In this document: positions 23,761 to 24,000 of the stretch, piece after piece
How the letters are laid out: the number at the start of each line of letters is the position of its first letter
Numbering within the stretch: position 1 is the first letter of the stretch
From: Spongiibacter thalassae
GTDB lineage: Bacteria > Pseudomonadota > Gammaproteobacteria > Pseudomonadales > Spongiibacteraceae
NCBI RefSeq assembly: GCF_012272835.1
Contig: NZ_JAAWWK010000008.1
Location: 103,500-127,499, forward strand
DNA: 24,000 nucleotides
Direction of reading: 5' to 3'
Made by a program: the position numbers and the translations under genes
The notes under the pieces: model-generated
The model's input: only the letters and a program-made list of their open reading frames with translations
Told to the model about the DNA's origin: nothing
The model's database searches: none

Positions 23761-24000
23761 GGCTTGATGCCCCGGTGCACGGCGACCACGCCCGCTGTCA
23801 TGTTGTGGTAGCGCACTTCGGCAAAGCCGGCTTCTTCCATCATTCCTTTCAGGGTTTCCTGATCGGGATGCATGCGGATGCTTTCCGCAAGGTAGCGGTA
23901 GCTCTCCTCGTCGTTGGCAACCAGCTTGCCCATTTTAGGCAGAATGTCGAAGGAGTAGCGGTCGTAGACCTTGCCGACGACCTCATTGGTGGGCTTGGAA
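23757..24000 (-). CDS. ubiE: Ubiquinone/menaquinone C-methyltransferase UbiE, 3' part only (5' end outside the window)
   Basis: The minus-strand frame ends ...[20 protein letters not shown] (stop at 23759-23757). The upstream residues [26 protein letters not shown] match the UbiE C-terminus. Confidence 0.9.
   Translation of the reverse strand, partial: SKPTNEVVGKVYDRYSFDILPKMGKLVANDEESYRYLAESIRMHPDQETLKGMMEEAGFAEVRYHNMTAGVVAVHRGIKP

Overview
The window is Pseudomonas-like gammaproteobacterial core chromosome with high G+C. It is interrupted at about 6.6-12.1 kb by an AT-rich accessory island that lies between a fatty-acid desaturase locus and tRNA-Leu(CAG). Core genes on the left are a c-type cytochrome 3' fragment, maeA, an LLM-family oxidoreductase, cspA and a desT/desC-like/desB-like desaturase regulon. 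Core genes on the right are tRNA-Leu, rnr, rlmB, rpsF, rpsR, a membrane protein, rplI and dnaB, followed on the minus strand by tatCBA, hisE, hisI, ubiB, ubiJ and a partial ubiE. The main finding is that the island has the structure of an integron-type gene-cassette array on the minus strand. It contains five attC-like imperfect palindromes, each placed just 3' of an ORF. The terminal boxes are chained, so the last box of each site is the reverse complement of the first box of the next site. The unpaired extra bases always fall on the same arm. No integrase gene or recognisable attI is present in the window, which fits a CALIN-like cluster. The cassettes carry nuclease-type and membrane-protein cargo that resembles compact defence modules. 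One cassette holds a DUF262 ParB-like NTPase translationally coupled to a protein with an Rx4-6H (HEPN-like) motif. Another holds a DUF559/Vsr-fold nuclease fused to an unknown C-terminal domain. A third holds a two-TM protein with a C-terminal D...ExK (PD-(D/E)xK-like) motif, and two more hold small membrane proteins. All family assignments come from motif recognition by eye, because no searches could be run.
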